In this document: piece by piece, positions 8,688-21,340 of the stretch
Numbering within the stretch: position 1 is the stretch's first letter
Layout of the letters: the number at the start of each line of letters is the position of its first letter
Position numbers and translations under genes: made by a program
From: Gammaproteobacteria bacterium
GTDB lineage: Bacteria; Pseudomonadota; Gammaproteobacteria; UWMA-0217
DNA: 64,000 nucleotides
NCBI GenBank assembly: GCA_026981985.1
Contig: JALSHZ010000031.1
Coordinates: 8,911 to 72,910 of the forward strand
Direction of reading: 5' to 3'
The notes under the pieces: generated by a model
Told to the model about the DNA's origin: nothing
Databases searched by the model: none
The model's input: the letters and a program-made list of their open reading frames with translations, nothing else

Positions 8688-9488
8688 TTATTTTACGATG
8701 AATTGAACCCCTACCGCCTGATCCGGGCTGGCATCGGTAAATCCGGCGACGCCATAGAGGTTGAGTGAGATTTTTTGATTGACCTTCCAGTGGACATAAC
8801 CCATCAGTTCCTGGCGGTCGTCGGCGTCGTCCCTCGTCGCCTGCATGAAATCGTAGCTGAAACCGACTCCCATGGTATCCGTCAGTTTTTGGTCGATACC
8901 GAGCGAAGAATAGAGTACGTCGTTGTAGTCGGTGACGTCGGTATCCCCTATCCAGCGATAGCCCAGCGCGACAAAAGGGGTGCTGTTGCCGATGGCCTGG
9001 GCGACATCGAGTTGTAACTGATAGTCGGTTTCTCCGGTGCCGAGGCGAGCATCGGCATCAGCCGTCGGCAGTTTTACTCGTGTCGTAATATCGACAAAGG
9101 TGTTGCCGCTGGCTTCCCATAGTGAGTCCAGCGCGAAGCCAAGGCTGGCAGTCACGTCGCCAAGCCCGCTGTCGGTCTGGCGCGCAGTTCCGTTGCTGTT
9201 GTCGACCAACACGCCATTGCCGCCAGCGGTGACCGACGCGGGTCCGGTGATGCTGATGTATGGGAGCGTGACTTTTGCCGTCCATGGAAAGCTGCGGTAT
9301 TTGATCGTTAGCGGTAGATAGAGCATGTCGGTGCGCTCGGTTTCACCATAGTTGCCGCTGCTGTAGTCGAAACCGGTAATGATAGCGGTTTCGCCAGCCA
9401 GCGGTGCCTGGCTTGTCAGCATCACTAGCGCTGCTCCTGCGAGCCAGCGCCCTTGGCGTAATTGTTTTTCCCTGTTGATTATTTTCAT
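8688..9488 (-). CDS. Outer-membrane beta-barrel protein (transporter/MetA-pathway-like)
   Basis: Signal peptide; GFDYSSGNYG, SGLGDV, VKLPTAD...LGTGETD, amphipathic C-terminal strand. Confidence 0.75.
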   Translation of the reverse strand: MKIINREKQLRQGRWLAGAALVMLTSQAPLAGETAIITGFDYSSGNYGETERTDMLYLPLTIKYRSFPWTAKVTLPYISITGPASVTAGGNGVLVDNSNGTARQTDSGLGDVTASLGFALDSLWEASGNTFVDITTRVKLPTADADARLGTGETDYQLQLDVAQAIGNSTPFVALGYRWIGDTDVTDYNDVLYSSLGIDQKLTDTMGVGFSYDFMQATRDDADDRQELMGYVHWKVNQKISLNLYGVAGFTDASPDQAVGVQFIVK

Positions 9489-9523
9489 GTTTGTATCCAG
9501 TTGTTTGTTTGAAACTTGGTGTC

Positions 9524-9910
9524 TCAGTGGTGTCCTCCGCGCTCTGGCCGGTCAGGGCGCTCAGGTGTGGCTGGGCGCATCGGGCGCTCCGGGCGTTCAA
9601 TGTGGCTGGGCTGCATCGGGCGTTCGGGGCGATCCACATGGGGCATGCGCATCATTTCCTGGCGGTGGCGCATGCGATACTCGTAACCGATCCCCCAGCG
9701 GTGTCTTGCTTTTGCTTTCTCTTCATGACCGCTCGGTGGTGTCGGCGTTTGCCCGTCAGCTGTGGCTTTTGATTCATCCGTTTGGGTTGTGTCGATGGTT
9801 TCTTTGGTTGTTGCCGTTTTGAACACGTTGTCCGTGTCGACAGCAGCCTCAGCGGCACCTACTAGTGTCACTATCAGGGTCGCAGCTATTGTCAGTTGTT
9901 GGTATGTCAT
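9524..9910 (-). CDS. Exported protein with RPERP 12-aa repeats and a His-His tail
   Basis: GGAGG RBS; signal peptide ending AEA; WGIGYEYR; VDRPERPMQPSH / IERPERPMRPAT / PERPDRPERGGHH. Confidence 0.75.
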   Translation of the reverse strand: MTYQQLTIAATLIVTLVGAAEAAVDTDNVFKTATTKETIDTTQTDESKATADGQTPTPPSGHEEKAKARHRWGIGYEYRMRHRQEMMRMPHVDRPERPMQPSHIERPERPMRPATPERPDRPERGGHH

Positions 9911-9954
9911 AGTGCCCTCCTGCGGCTGTCGGTGAAGCGTAGAATAGCGTGACA

Positions 9955-10004
9955 ATGTCGCACAGTTATTTCCTGCTTGTTCAAAACTGTTTCAAGGTGT
10001 TTCA
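9955..10004. promoter_or_regulatory. Putative OmpR-family binding box array, copy 2, in the divergent promoter region
   Basis: ATGTCGCACAGTTATTTC...TGTTTCAAGGTGTTTCA; TGTTTCA direct repeats 10 bp apart. Confidence 0.65.
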
Positions 10005-10046
10005 ATGGGGTCCGGGATATGCCTCGGGTAACGTATTCTCCACCAA

Positions 10047-10772
10047 ATGGAACAGACTGACACAACACTGCTGATTGTCGATGATGATGCGGGTATCCGT
10101 GAGCTGCTATCGCGCTACCTTGGCGAACAGGGCTTCCGTGTGCTGGTGGCAGAAGATGCGCCGCAGATGGACAAGGTGCTCGAAGCCGAGACGGTCGATC
10201 TCATCATTCTCGATCTGATGTTGCCGGGGGAGGATGGCCTGTCGATTGCACGGCGTCTGCAGAGTTCCCGGCAGCTGCCGGTGGTCATGCTCTCCGCACG
10301 GGGTGAGGAGATGGACCGTATCATCGGTTTGGAGGTGGGTGCCGACGACTACTTGCCGAAGCCCTTCAATCCGCGCGAGTTGCTGGCTCGGATCAGGGCG
10401 GTGCTGCGTCGTCGGCAGGCAGCCTCGGTTACGCCATCTGCGCCTCTTGATGATGCAGCGATATTCCGCTTCGGTGCGTTCGAATTGAATCTGAAGGCCC
10501 GCACCTTGCGCCATGGCGAGACGGAAATCCCGCTCACCACCGGTGAATTCGATTTGCTGCAAGTGTTTGTCGAACACCCCGACCGGGCGCTGAGCAGGGA
10601 TATGCTGGTCGATTTGATCAAAGGCTACGACCGCTCGCCGTTTGATCGTAGCGTCGATGTTCGGGTAACGCGGCTGCGGCAGAAAATCGAGGAAGACCCG
10701 AAAAAGCCACGTTATATTCATACCATCTGGGGGGTTGGCTATATGTTCACCCCGCTAGGTAAGGATAGCTGA
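10047..10772 (+). CDS. OmpR-family response regulator
   Basis: LIVDDD, LDLMLPGEDG, GADDYLPKPFNPRELLARI, winged helix DRSVDVRVTRLRQKIE...TIWGVGY. Confidence 0.95.
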   Translation: MEQTDTTLLIVDDDAGIRELLSRYLGEQGFRVLVAEDAPQMDKVLEAETVDLIILDLMLPGEDGLSIARRLQSSRQLPVVMLSARGEEMDRIIGLEVGADDYLPKPFNPRELLARIRAVLRRRQAASVTPSAPLDDAAIFRFGAFELNLKARTLRHGETEIPLTTGEFDLLQVFVEHPDRALSRDMLVDLIKGYDRSPFDRSVDVRVTRLRQKIEEDPKKPRYIHTIWGVGYMFTPLGKDS

Positions 10773-10775
10773 ACG

Positions 10776-12092
10776 ATGCGCGCCCCAGCCACGCTGCTGG
10801 CACGCACGGCGTTGACACTGGCCGCTTCGCTGCTGGTTTTGTTTCTGTTCAGTATCGCGGTGATGTTTTATTACGTGATGGGGCCGATGGCGCAACAGGC
10901 AGCCGAAGACGCCGCCGCGCTCCTGGTGCTGTCGGCACAGACCTGGGCAGAGCTGCCACCCGATACCCGCGCTGATTTCGAATATGAACTCGAATCCAAT
11001 CACGGCATCATCCTGAAAGTCACTGATCAGCCGCTGCCGGCGTCGATACATTGGCGCCCGCACATGCGTCTGCTCAAACAAGCACTGGAGGCGCGGCTGC
11101 ACGGCCAGCCGGTTCACATCAGCCTCGATGAGCATGACGATGGCCTGTTCTGGGTCGAATTCGAGGTGGCGGAGCGGCGGCTACTGCTGGGCGTACCGCG
11201 TCATCGCGTTACCCCGCACATGCCTTATGTGTTGCTGTGGCTGATCAGCGGTGGTCTGCTGGTGTTGCTGGTTACCAGCCTCGTCATGGTGCGGCGCATG
11301 ACCCTGCCACTGGCGCGCATGAGCGAAGCCGTCACCCGATTTGGCCGGGGCGAGCGCGTGCAATTGGCCGAGGAAGGCCCGCGTGAGCTACAGGCACTGG
11401 CGCACAGCTTCAATGAAATGACGCGGCAGATCGATGAACTCATGGCCAATCGCACCACCTTGCTGGCGGGTATTTCGCATGATTTGCGTACCCCCATCGC
11501 GCGCCTCAATCTGGCGATCGAACTGCTCCCGCAAGACGCTGACCCCGAGCTGCTTGCCCGCATGCGCAAGGATTTCAACGAGATGGACAAACTCATCACG
11601 CGTACACTGCAACTGGCGCGCAGCCTCGATGCCAAGCAGCTGGCGCGGGAGAATGTCGATATGACGGCAATGCTGGAGATGGTTGCCGCCGAATATCCGC
11701 AACACGACATCCAGCTGTCACTGCCGCCACAGGCCTGCCCGGCCAAGCTGAACGCCAGCGCGTTGAAGCGGGTTTTGGGCAACCTCATCGACAATGCCCT
11801 GCGTTATGGCGGCGCACCCGTGGAACTGCAATTACGCTGTGACGCAGACGCGCCGGTGATTGACGTCCTCGACCATGGCCCGGGCATCCCCGAAGACAAG
11901 CTTGAACAAGTGTTTCAGCCCTTTTTTCGCCTTGAAACCTCCCGCAGCAGCGCCACCGGTGGCAGTGGGCTCGGTCTCGCCATTGTGCACCAGCTCTGCC
12001 ACGCCAATGGCTGGGTGGTGAGCCTTACGCCACGTGCAGGTGGGGGGTTACGGGCGCGAATCGTGCTGAGGTTGCGGGATGGATCGGGTTGA
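10776..12092 (+). CDS. EnvZ-like sensor histidine kinase (2 TM, HAMP, HisKA, HATPase)
   Basis: GISHDLRTP, NLIDNALRY, DHGPGIP, GSGLGLAIV. Confidence 0.95.
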   Translation: MRAPATLLARTALTLAASLLVLFLFSIAVMFYYVMGPMAQQAAEDAAALLVLSAQTWAELPPDTRADFEYELESNHGIILKVTDQPLPASIHWRPHMRLLKQALEARLHGQPVHISLDEHDDGLFWVEFEVAERRLLLGVPRHRVTPHMPYVLLWLISGGLLVLLVTSLVMVRRMTLPLARMSEAVTRFGRGERVQLAEEGPRELQALAHSFNEMTRQIDELMANRTTLLAGISHDLRTPIARLNLAIELLPQDADPELLARMRKDFNEMDKLITRTLQLARSLDAKQLARENVDMTAMLEMVAAEYPQHDIQLSLPPQACPAKLNASALKRVLGNLIDNALRYGGAPVELQLRCDADAPVIDVLDHGPGIPEDKLEQVFQPFFRLETSRSSATGGSGLGLAIVHQLCHANGWVVSLTPRAGGGLRARIVLRLRDGSG

Positions 12093-13292
12093 TTTCAGTG
12101 GCGATAAAGCGCTGCCTCCGACTTCCGTCAGCTTCCGTGTAATGGCCCATTTCAGTGGCGGCAGGTTGTTGCTGATACGCAGCACTGCCTGACGCAGCAG
12201 TTTTGCGGGTGGTGATTCACTGGTGAAGAGCTTGACGATGCCATTGGTGCCGTAATACATCGGCAATGTGGCGAGGCGGTGTTGCCGCTGATACTGCTGC
12301 AATACCTGCGGTGCGCCGATGTCCTGTCCGCGTGACGCCGCGGCGATGATTGCCTTGGTCAGGGTGTTTTGCCCGCGCAGCCCCAGGTTGAAGCCATGTG
12401 CCGTGACCGGGTGCATGCCGACGGCCGCATCACCAATCAGGGCAAAGCGTTGGTCGATGAAACGATCAGCGTGAACGCCGACCAGCGGATAGGCGAAGCG
12501 CTCGCTGGCGACCGTCATATCGCCCAGGCGGCTGCCCAGGCGTTTGCGGATTTCGTTGCGGTAGTCGTCGTCGGAAAGCGCCAGCAGCGCCTGCGCCTGT
12601 TTGCCACTGGCGGTGACGACGAAGGAGGAGAGCTGCGCCGACACCGGCAATATCGCGAGTGTGCCGCCATATTGAAAGCACTCGAAAGCGGTCTGTTCGT
12701 TGCTGCGCGCATGTGACATGCGGCTGACGATGGCGACGCGGCCGAAGTCATGCATCGAGGCTGAAATACCCATCTTGCGGCGTGTTTCGGAAAAACGGCT
12801 GTCGGCGGCGACCGCGAGTGCAGCCTGCAACACTGGGCCGTCGGATAGCGTTACGCTTGCCTGCTGTGCGTCGGTACGCACGGCCTCGACGGTAATGCCG
12901 GTCAGGATGTCGATGTTGTCCAGGCTGTCGGCTTGCGCAAACACCGCCTTGCGGATGAGGTGATTCGAAACCAGATAGCCGAGCGCTTCCAGATTGTTTT
13001 GGCGGTGATCGAAATCCAGCGAGTAGGGTGACACACCGTCCTGTACCTGGGCCTTCTTGATCAGGCCGATCTCATCGTCGGGAATCAGCTGCCAGATGCC
13101 GAGCTGGCGCATCAGCTCGACCGAAAGATGCGTCAGCGCGATCTCGCGGCCATCGTAGGCAGGATCAGCCAAGGCTTCACGTGGCTGTTTTTCAATGATG
13201 GTGGCATGCAGGCCGGCTTGCGCCAGCGAACAGGCCAGGCTCAGGCCCGCAGGGCCCGCGCCGATGATGATGACGGAATGCTGCTGTGCCAC
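12048..13292 (-). CDS. ubiM: UbiH/UbiM-family FAD-dependent ubiquinone biosynthesis hydroxylase
   Basis: IIGAGPAG, DGREIAL, AADSRFS, LIGDAAVGMHPVTAHGFNLGL. Confidence 0.85.
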   Translation of the reverse strand: MAQQHSVIIIGAGPAGLSLACSLAQAGLHATIIEKQPREALADPAYDGREIALTHLSVELMRQLGIWQLIPDDEIGLIKKAQVQDGVSPYSLDFDHRQNNLEALGYLVSNHLIRKAVFAQADSLDNIDILTGITVEAVRTDAQQASVTLSDGPVLQAALAVAADSRFSETRRKMGISASMHDFGRVAIVSRMSHARSNEQTAFECFQYGGTLAILPVSAQLSSFVVTASGKQAQALLALSDDDYRNEIRKRLGSRLGDMTVASERFAYPLVGVHADRFIDQRFALIGDAAVGMHPVTAHGFNLGLRGQNTLTKAIIAAASRGQDIGAPQVLQQYQRQHRLATLPMYYGTNGIVKLFTSESPPAKLLRQAVLRISNNLPPLKWAITRKLTEVGGSALSPLKSTRSIPQPQHDSRP

Positions 13293-13370
13293 GATCGACC
13301 CTCCCAGTTAGCGGCCAAGTATGGACTAACTCGCTGCCACTCCGCTTGATTCGGGTCAAGACCGCGCGGA

Positions 13371-16265
<2,895 letters not shown>

Positions 16266-16618
16266 TGGCCATTGGTGAGAGTCGGGGGCGGCGAATGGTA
16301 GAGGATTCTGCGGCAAACGTCATTGGTGGAGATCAAGCTGTGTATTGGAAAACGGCTGCCGTCTATCCCGATTGGGTAGGAAAAAGTCTTGACGACATAT
16401 CCTGAGTGGAATAGTAAGAAATTATGTTCTATGTTGGATTCATAGGGGATTCACGTCGATCCACCTGCTTGTGGGCGGTTGTTGGGTCCGGTTAACCCGC
16501 TGAGAAATTCGGGTTGAAATCACGCTATTTTCCGGAACCACCGGTCACGCCTGGGCAACAAGTTGCCAATCCATGGCCGGATCAGCGGTTCCTACAGATT
16601 CCTGGAGGAAATCAAGTC

Positions 16619-16993
16619 ATGGGATACGTTCCTGAACACCTGCATTACACCAATCAAGAGCAACCCGCATCAGCTGCGCAACCGGAGTTCCCCGATGCGC
16701 CACACGGCTGGAGCAAGGAGGAAGCGGAGCAGGATGCTGCCGAACTGCTGGGTGTGCCTCTGACCGAAGATCACTGGGATGTCGTGCGCTCCCTGCAAGC
16801 CTATTTTGCGACGCATGAATTCCCGAATCGCCGCGAGCTGGCCGATGCGCTGGATGAGAAATATCACCACAAGGGCGGACGTCGCTACCTCTACCTGCTG
16901 TTCCCCAATGGCCCTGTGTCCCAAGGATGCCAGCTGGCCGGGCTGGAAAGCCCATCCGGCAGCGTCGACAAATCGTTTGGTAGCGTTGTCTGA
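16619..16993 (+). CDS. TusE/DsrC/DsvC-family protein lacking the C-terminal cysteines
   Basis: GGAGGA RBS; WSKEEA, LTEDHWDVV, YLYLLFPNGPVSQGCQLAGL; ends DKSFGSVV. Confidence 0.85.
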   Translation: MGYVPEHLHYTNQEQPASAAQPEFPDAPHGWSKEEAEQDAAELLGVPLTEDHWDVVRSLQAYFATHEFPNRRELADALDEKYHHKGGRRYLYLLFPNGPVSQGCQLAGLESPSGSVDKSFGSVV

Positions 16994-17006
16994 GGCTTCA
17001 CGCTAG

Positions 17007-17256
17007 GTAACTACTCAGCTCACGACTGAAACGCGCCATCTCTGCGTCGCCTACAAGGATGTAGGTGAGGGGCGTGAGCAGGAGGCGGAAGCTTTGGGAA
17101 ATGGTCATTTACCCGTGGTAGAGAATTGCTCCATGCATTTTCTACACTTCCCACTTCCATGTGGGTCGTAAACTCACATTTCCCGCCTTGATCTGACGCG
17201 TTTCAGCGGCAATCTGAGCAGTTACGGTTCTATTTTTCTACCTTCTGAATAGTTAC
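17007..17256. mobile_element. Repeat family A MITE, 250-bp form, inverted orientation, 8-bp TSD CACGCTAG
   Basis: GTAACTACTCAG ... CTGAATAGTTAC; CACGCTAG at 16999-17006 and 17257-17264. Confidence 0.92.
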
Positions 17257-17484
17257 CACGCTAGTAGTTGCTGCTGCATTACCATGGTGCGGGCGGTCGT
17301 CGTGGCCGCCGTGCATCATGCTTGCCTTTCCAGATTCCACTCATTTTCTTCGTGAGTGCCTCCCCCCGCCAATACGCCCCTCATACCCCGGCTTATCGCC
17401 GTATGCACAGGTTCTATGAGATTGACGCCAGGCCGCGCGTTACACTGGACGCCCGGAGCCTGAATGATGACCTGAGGTAATGCC

Positions 17485-18648
17485 ATGCAGTACGGTCCCC
17501 GAGAGATTGTGACGCCTTTTCGCCCGATTCCGCTGGATGTGCCAGAGGGAATGGCACCTAACGAGTTTTTCAACAGCACGGAGAATCTGAACGATCTGGT
17601 CAACAACAACGGTTTGTTGGTCAACCCCGAAAACCTGCTGATGTATCGCAAGGCGCTCGGCCATAGCACGACGTTTGATACATCGATCATCTATAACACG
17701 TCCAAAACGATTCTGAACCCGCTCGGTCGCCCGGTGCGGCGCACGCAGGTGCCTGAAAATGTGAAGAATGTCTGGAACCGGATGAACCAGATTCTGATCG
17801 AATATATGCTGGAGACCTTTCCGGATCCTGATCAGCATTTGATACTGGCGGGGGAGGCCAGTCTCGATGCGACCTGGCCGCTGACATCACCGGGTGTGCC
17901 AAGCATCCGCATGCTGCATAACCACTTCATGGTGTTCGAAAAGGCGCAGCTCGAAGCGGCCAAACTGGCTGATCTCGACAACCCGAATCTGACCGATGGT
18001 GGGCAGCACAGCCTGTTTCAGTCCTATATGCATGATGTCTATCGCGAGTTCTTCGCCAGCCTGGAGCTGGAAGTGCTGACGCTCGCTGATGATGGCGAGT
18101 CACAGATCAAGCTCACCGGCTATCCGCAGGGCTTGCCGAGCTGGAAGATTCAGGGCGGTTTGCGGCAGCTCAAGAGTATTCATTTCTGGCGCGAATACGA
18201 TGTGATTCTTAAAGGCTTCATCGATTTCTACCGCACCTTCTTCACCCAGGTGTCCAGCCGCAACGCGCCGATGCCGGCGAATGTTCATTTTCCTGATCAG
18301 GTCGAGGACAAACTGCTGTACAACAACGATTTCATGGCGGCGGCGAAAAAGGTGCGCGAACAATGCATACACGACCCCAAATACGCCAATGCGATTCGCT
18401 GGCAGCCTGCATTCAAACAGTTGGTCTACCGCAATGATGCCGGTGATCTGATCGTCACGATCAGCCAGAACTCCATTGGCAACGCCATCACCGAGCTACT
18501 GGGCGTGGTGGTCAAGCGCGCGCCGGATGCCGAAGCGTATGAGCGCCATGAACCGGCGTTGATCGAAAAACTGTTGGAGGTGCGCCGCCGTCTGATCGCT
18601 GCCGATCTGGGTGAGGGAATCGAGACCGATTATTGGGGCAGGGAATAG
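17485..18648 (+). CDS. Hypothetical protein with a HIT/GalT-like HxH motif
   Basis: 387 aa, GAGG RBS, native codon pattern; GVPSIRMLHNHFMVF. Confidence 0.8.
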   Translation: MQYGPREIVTPFRPIPLDVPEGMAPNEFFNSTENLNDLVNNNGLLVNPENLLMYRKALGHSTTFDTSIIYNTSKTILNPLGRPVRRTQVPENVKNVWNRMNQILIEYMLETFPDPDQHLILAGEASLDATWPLTSPGVPSIRMLHNHFMVFEKAQLEAAKLADLDNPNLTDGGQHSLFQSYMHDVYREFFASLELEVLTLADDGESQIKLTGYPQGLPSWKIQGGLRQLKSIHFWREYDVILKGFIDFYRTFFTQVSSRNAPMPANVHFPDQVEDKLLYNNDFMAAAKKVREQCIHDPKYANAIRWQPAFKQLVYRNDAGDLIVTISQNSIGNAITELLGVVVKRAPDAEAYERHEPALIEKLLEVRRRLIAADLGEGIETDYWGRE

Positions 18649-18652
18649 GGGC

Positions 18653-20035
18653 ATGGACAAGTCGGCACCAAAACCCGAGCATATACAGCAGCTTTCCATT
18701 GGCGACAACGAGGAAGATCTGGACCCTGCCCACCTGGCGCGTTTTCAGTTCGAGCGTGCCATCGCCTGGTTGGAGGGGTTCAAAGACGGCTTGATCCAAT
18801 CGCTGGTCGCACCCAAGCGCACGATCGAAGTCTATTTCCCGGTGGAGATGGAGGACGGTTCGGTGCAGACATTTCATGGCTTCCGGGTGCTGCACAATCG
18901 GGTAATGGGGCCGGGTAAAGGCGGTGTGCGTTACCACCCCGAGGTGGACAAGGAAGAAATCACCGCGCTGGCAACGCTGATGACCTGGAAATGCGCACTG
19001 CTCGATATTCCCTTCGGTGGTGCCAAGGGCGGCGTCAACTGCGATCCAAAAAAGCTTACGCAAACCGAACTGCGCCGCATCACGCGCCGTTTCATCACCG
19101 AGCTGGGTGACAACATCGGGCCGAATACCGATATTCCAGCGCCCGATATGTACACCGATGCGCAGACCATGTCCTGGATCTTCGACACCTACGATATTCT
19201 CCATCCAGGGCGCAACAATCTTCCGGTCGTCACCGGTAAACCGCTGGATTTGGGCGGCTCATTAGGGCGTCCCGAAGCTACCGGCCGTGGTTGTCTCTAC
19301 GCCACGATGCGCTATCTGGAAAAGGAAGGTATTGGCAGTTCGCGGACACTGGAAGGTAGCAGGGTTGTCATTCAGGGCTTTGGCAATGTCGGCATGACCG
19401 CAGCGAAACTTTTCCAGCAGGCGGGGGCCACTATCATTGCCGTCAGCGATTCGCGCGGCGGCATCCAGCAAGCAGACGGGATCGACATCGAAGCCGCAGC
19501 CCGCTTCAAGGAGCAGGAAGGCTCCGTCGTCGGCCTGCCAGACACCCTCACCATCACCAATACCGAGCTGCTGGAACTCGACTGCGACATCCTGATCCCG
19601 GCCGCACTGGGTAAACAGATCCACTGCGGCAATGCCCAACGCATCAAAGCCAGGCTGGTTGTCGAAGCCGCCAATGGTCCGGTGACGCCCGCAGCCGACG
19701 ACATCCTCACCGACCGCGGCATCCCAGTACTTCCCGATATTCTCGTCAATGCTGGCGGCGTCACCGTCAGCTACTTCGAATGGGTGCAAAACTTCAGCAA
19801 CGAACGCTGGGCGCTCGACGACGTCAATACCCGCCTGCGCAGCAAAATGTTCGACGCCACCGACCTCGTCCTCACTCGCTGGCATGCAATGCGGGATGAG
19901 GAAGAAAAAGCATTCGCCGCCGAAACCAGTGCAGGAGAAATCTACAACGTCCCCGTCAGCTTGCGCACCGCCGCGCTCGCGGTTGCCATCGCGAGAATCG
20001 CCAACGTCACACTCGAACGCGGCATCTGGCCGTAA
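18653..20035 (+). CDS. gdhA: Glu/Leu/Phe/Val dehydrogenase (glutamate dehydrogenase)
   Basis: GPGKGGVRY, PFGGAKGG, DIPAPD, VTGKP...GGSLGRPEATGRG, IQGFGNVG, EAANGP, NAGGVTVSYFEWVQN. Confidence 0.95.
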   Translation: MDKSAPKPEHIQQLSIGDNEEDLDPAHLARFQFERAIAWLEGFKDGLIQSLVAPKRTIEVYFPVEMEDGSVQTFHGFRVLHNRVMGPGKGGVRYHPEVDKEEITALATLMTWKCALLDIPFGGAKGGVNCDPKKLTQTELRRITRRFITELGDNIGPNTDIPAPDMYTDAQTMSWIFDTYDILHPGRNNLPVVTGKPLDLGGSLGRPEATGRGCLYATMRYLEKEGIGSSRTLEGSRVVIQGFGNVGMTAAKLFQQAGATIIAVSDSRGGIQQADGIDIEAAARFKEQEGSVVGLPDTLTITNTELLELDCDILIPAALGKQIHCGNAQRIKARLVVEAANGPVTPAADDILTDRGIPVLPDILVNAGGVTVSYFEWVQNFSNERWALDDVNTRLRSKMFDATDLVLTRWHAMRDEEEKAFAAETSAGEIYNVPVSLRTAALAVAIARIANVTLERGIWP

Positions 20036-20038
20036 TCG

Positions 20039-20130
20039 CCTCCCTTTCGCAAAGGGAGGTTTGGAGGGATTGTTACCGCGGTGTTTTGGTGTGGCGCGGT
20101 GGTTCAAATCCCCCTCCATCCCCATTGGGG
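20039..20130. repeat. Repeat family B core without terminal repeats
   Basis: CCTCCCTTTCGCAAAGGGAGGTTTGGAGGGATTG matches 7899-7933; lies between convergent genes. Confidence 0.8.
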
Positions 20131-20159
20131 AAAGGAGGCGTCCTGGGGCAACTGGTTGC

Positions 20160-21218
20160 TTATCGCTTCATCCCTCGTTGAATCGAGCCAAAGTCCCTGA
20201 TCCAGGGCTGAATCCCGGCTGCCGGGGTGTTGAAACCCGATAGCGCAAGGCGCGCGAGTTCCAGGGTGGCATAGTCACCTTGCAGTACGATGTGGGATGT
20301 TCCCTGGCTGTACAGGGCGACAGGTGGGCGTAGTTGGTTGGCGATCTGCCTGGCCTGATTCAAATCATTGAAGGCGCCGACCTGGATGGTGAAGTGCTGG
20401 GGATTGCGTTGTTGTAGCCAAGTCTCGTCGTGAATGGGCGCTGTGGTGGAGGGGCTGGCCATGCCTGGCTGGAGTGCTTCCGCCTGTTGGCGTTCGCTGC
20501 TGTCGGGGAAGGCGGAGCGCAGCTTCTCCAGGTAGCTGCTGACCCCGGCAGGGTTGCCGAGCGCATGTTCGATTCGCGCGCCAAGCAGTAGCGTTTTGGG
20601 GGCGTGGACGGCGTGATTCAGATATTGCGTAAGCCAGGTGCTGGCCTCGACGGGTTTGCCGTTTTCGAGGCTGAGACTGGCGAGCTGATAGAGTGCGGTC
20701 GGCAGGCCGGGATTGTGCTGGACGGCCTTTTGCAGCAGCTGTTCGGCAAGTGTGTTGTCTCCAGCGCGGCGGGCGCAGAGACCGGCGTTGGTCCAGGCAA
20801 TTTCCGGCGCGGCATTGCCGCTGGCGTTTCCTGCCTTGGCAAAGGTGGCTTGTGCATCTTCCCAGCGGCCCTGGCTGCACAGAAAACTGCCATAGTTATT
20901 CAGTAGTGCAGGGTCGTCCGGTGCCAGTCGCAGCGCTTGGGTGAAGGCCTTTTCCGCCGCATCGCCGCGCCCGAGGCGCTGATTGATGAGTCCCAGTAGT
21001 CCCCAGGCTTGCGCATTGGCCGGGTTCTTTTCGATGGCGGCTGAGACTTGCTGAAAGGCTTCCATCAGCTGGCGTTTTTTATAGGCGGCGAGCGCCTGTC
21101 GCTGAAGTTGATTGGAACTGGCCAGCGCCGCGGCATCGACATTGCCTGCGCCGGGGCCTGTGGTTGTGGCGCAGCCCGTCAGCAGCAGGGCGAGCAGTAG
21201 CAGAAGTCGCATGTTCAT
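20160..21218 (-). CDS. pilW: PilW/PilF-like TPR lipoprotein with C-terminal SPOR-like domain
   Basis: Lipobox LLTGC; LNNYGSFLCSQG, NAGLCA, LRSAFPDS; tail HFTIQVGAF...GDYAT...PWIRDFGSIQ. Confidence 0.75.
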   Translation of the reverse strand: MNMRLLLLLALLLTGCATTTGPGAGNVDAAALASSNQLQRQALAAYKKRQLMEAFQQVSAAIEKNPANAQAWGLLGLINQRLGRGDAAEKAFTQALRLAPDDPALLNNYGSFLCSQGRWEDAQATFAKAGNASGNAAPEIAWTNAGLCARRAGDNTLAEQLLQKAVQHNPGLPTALYQLASLSLENGKPVEASTWLTQYLNHAVHAPKTLLLGARIEHALGNPAGVSSYLEKLRSAFPDSSERQQAEALQPGMASPSTTAPIHDETWLQQRNPQHFTIQVGAFNDLNQARQIANQLRPPVALYSQGTSHIVLQGDYATLELARLALSGFNTPAAGIQPWIRDFGSIQRGMKR

Positions 21219-21340
21219 TATGATTTGTGGGAATGGCGGAAGGGTATCACGCTGTTGGAATTTGCCGCTATATGGTGGCGCGTGAATTCGGTTAAACTCA
21301 GCTGATCGTTTCTAGGAGTCATGCCGAGGTAGGGCGGTCG

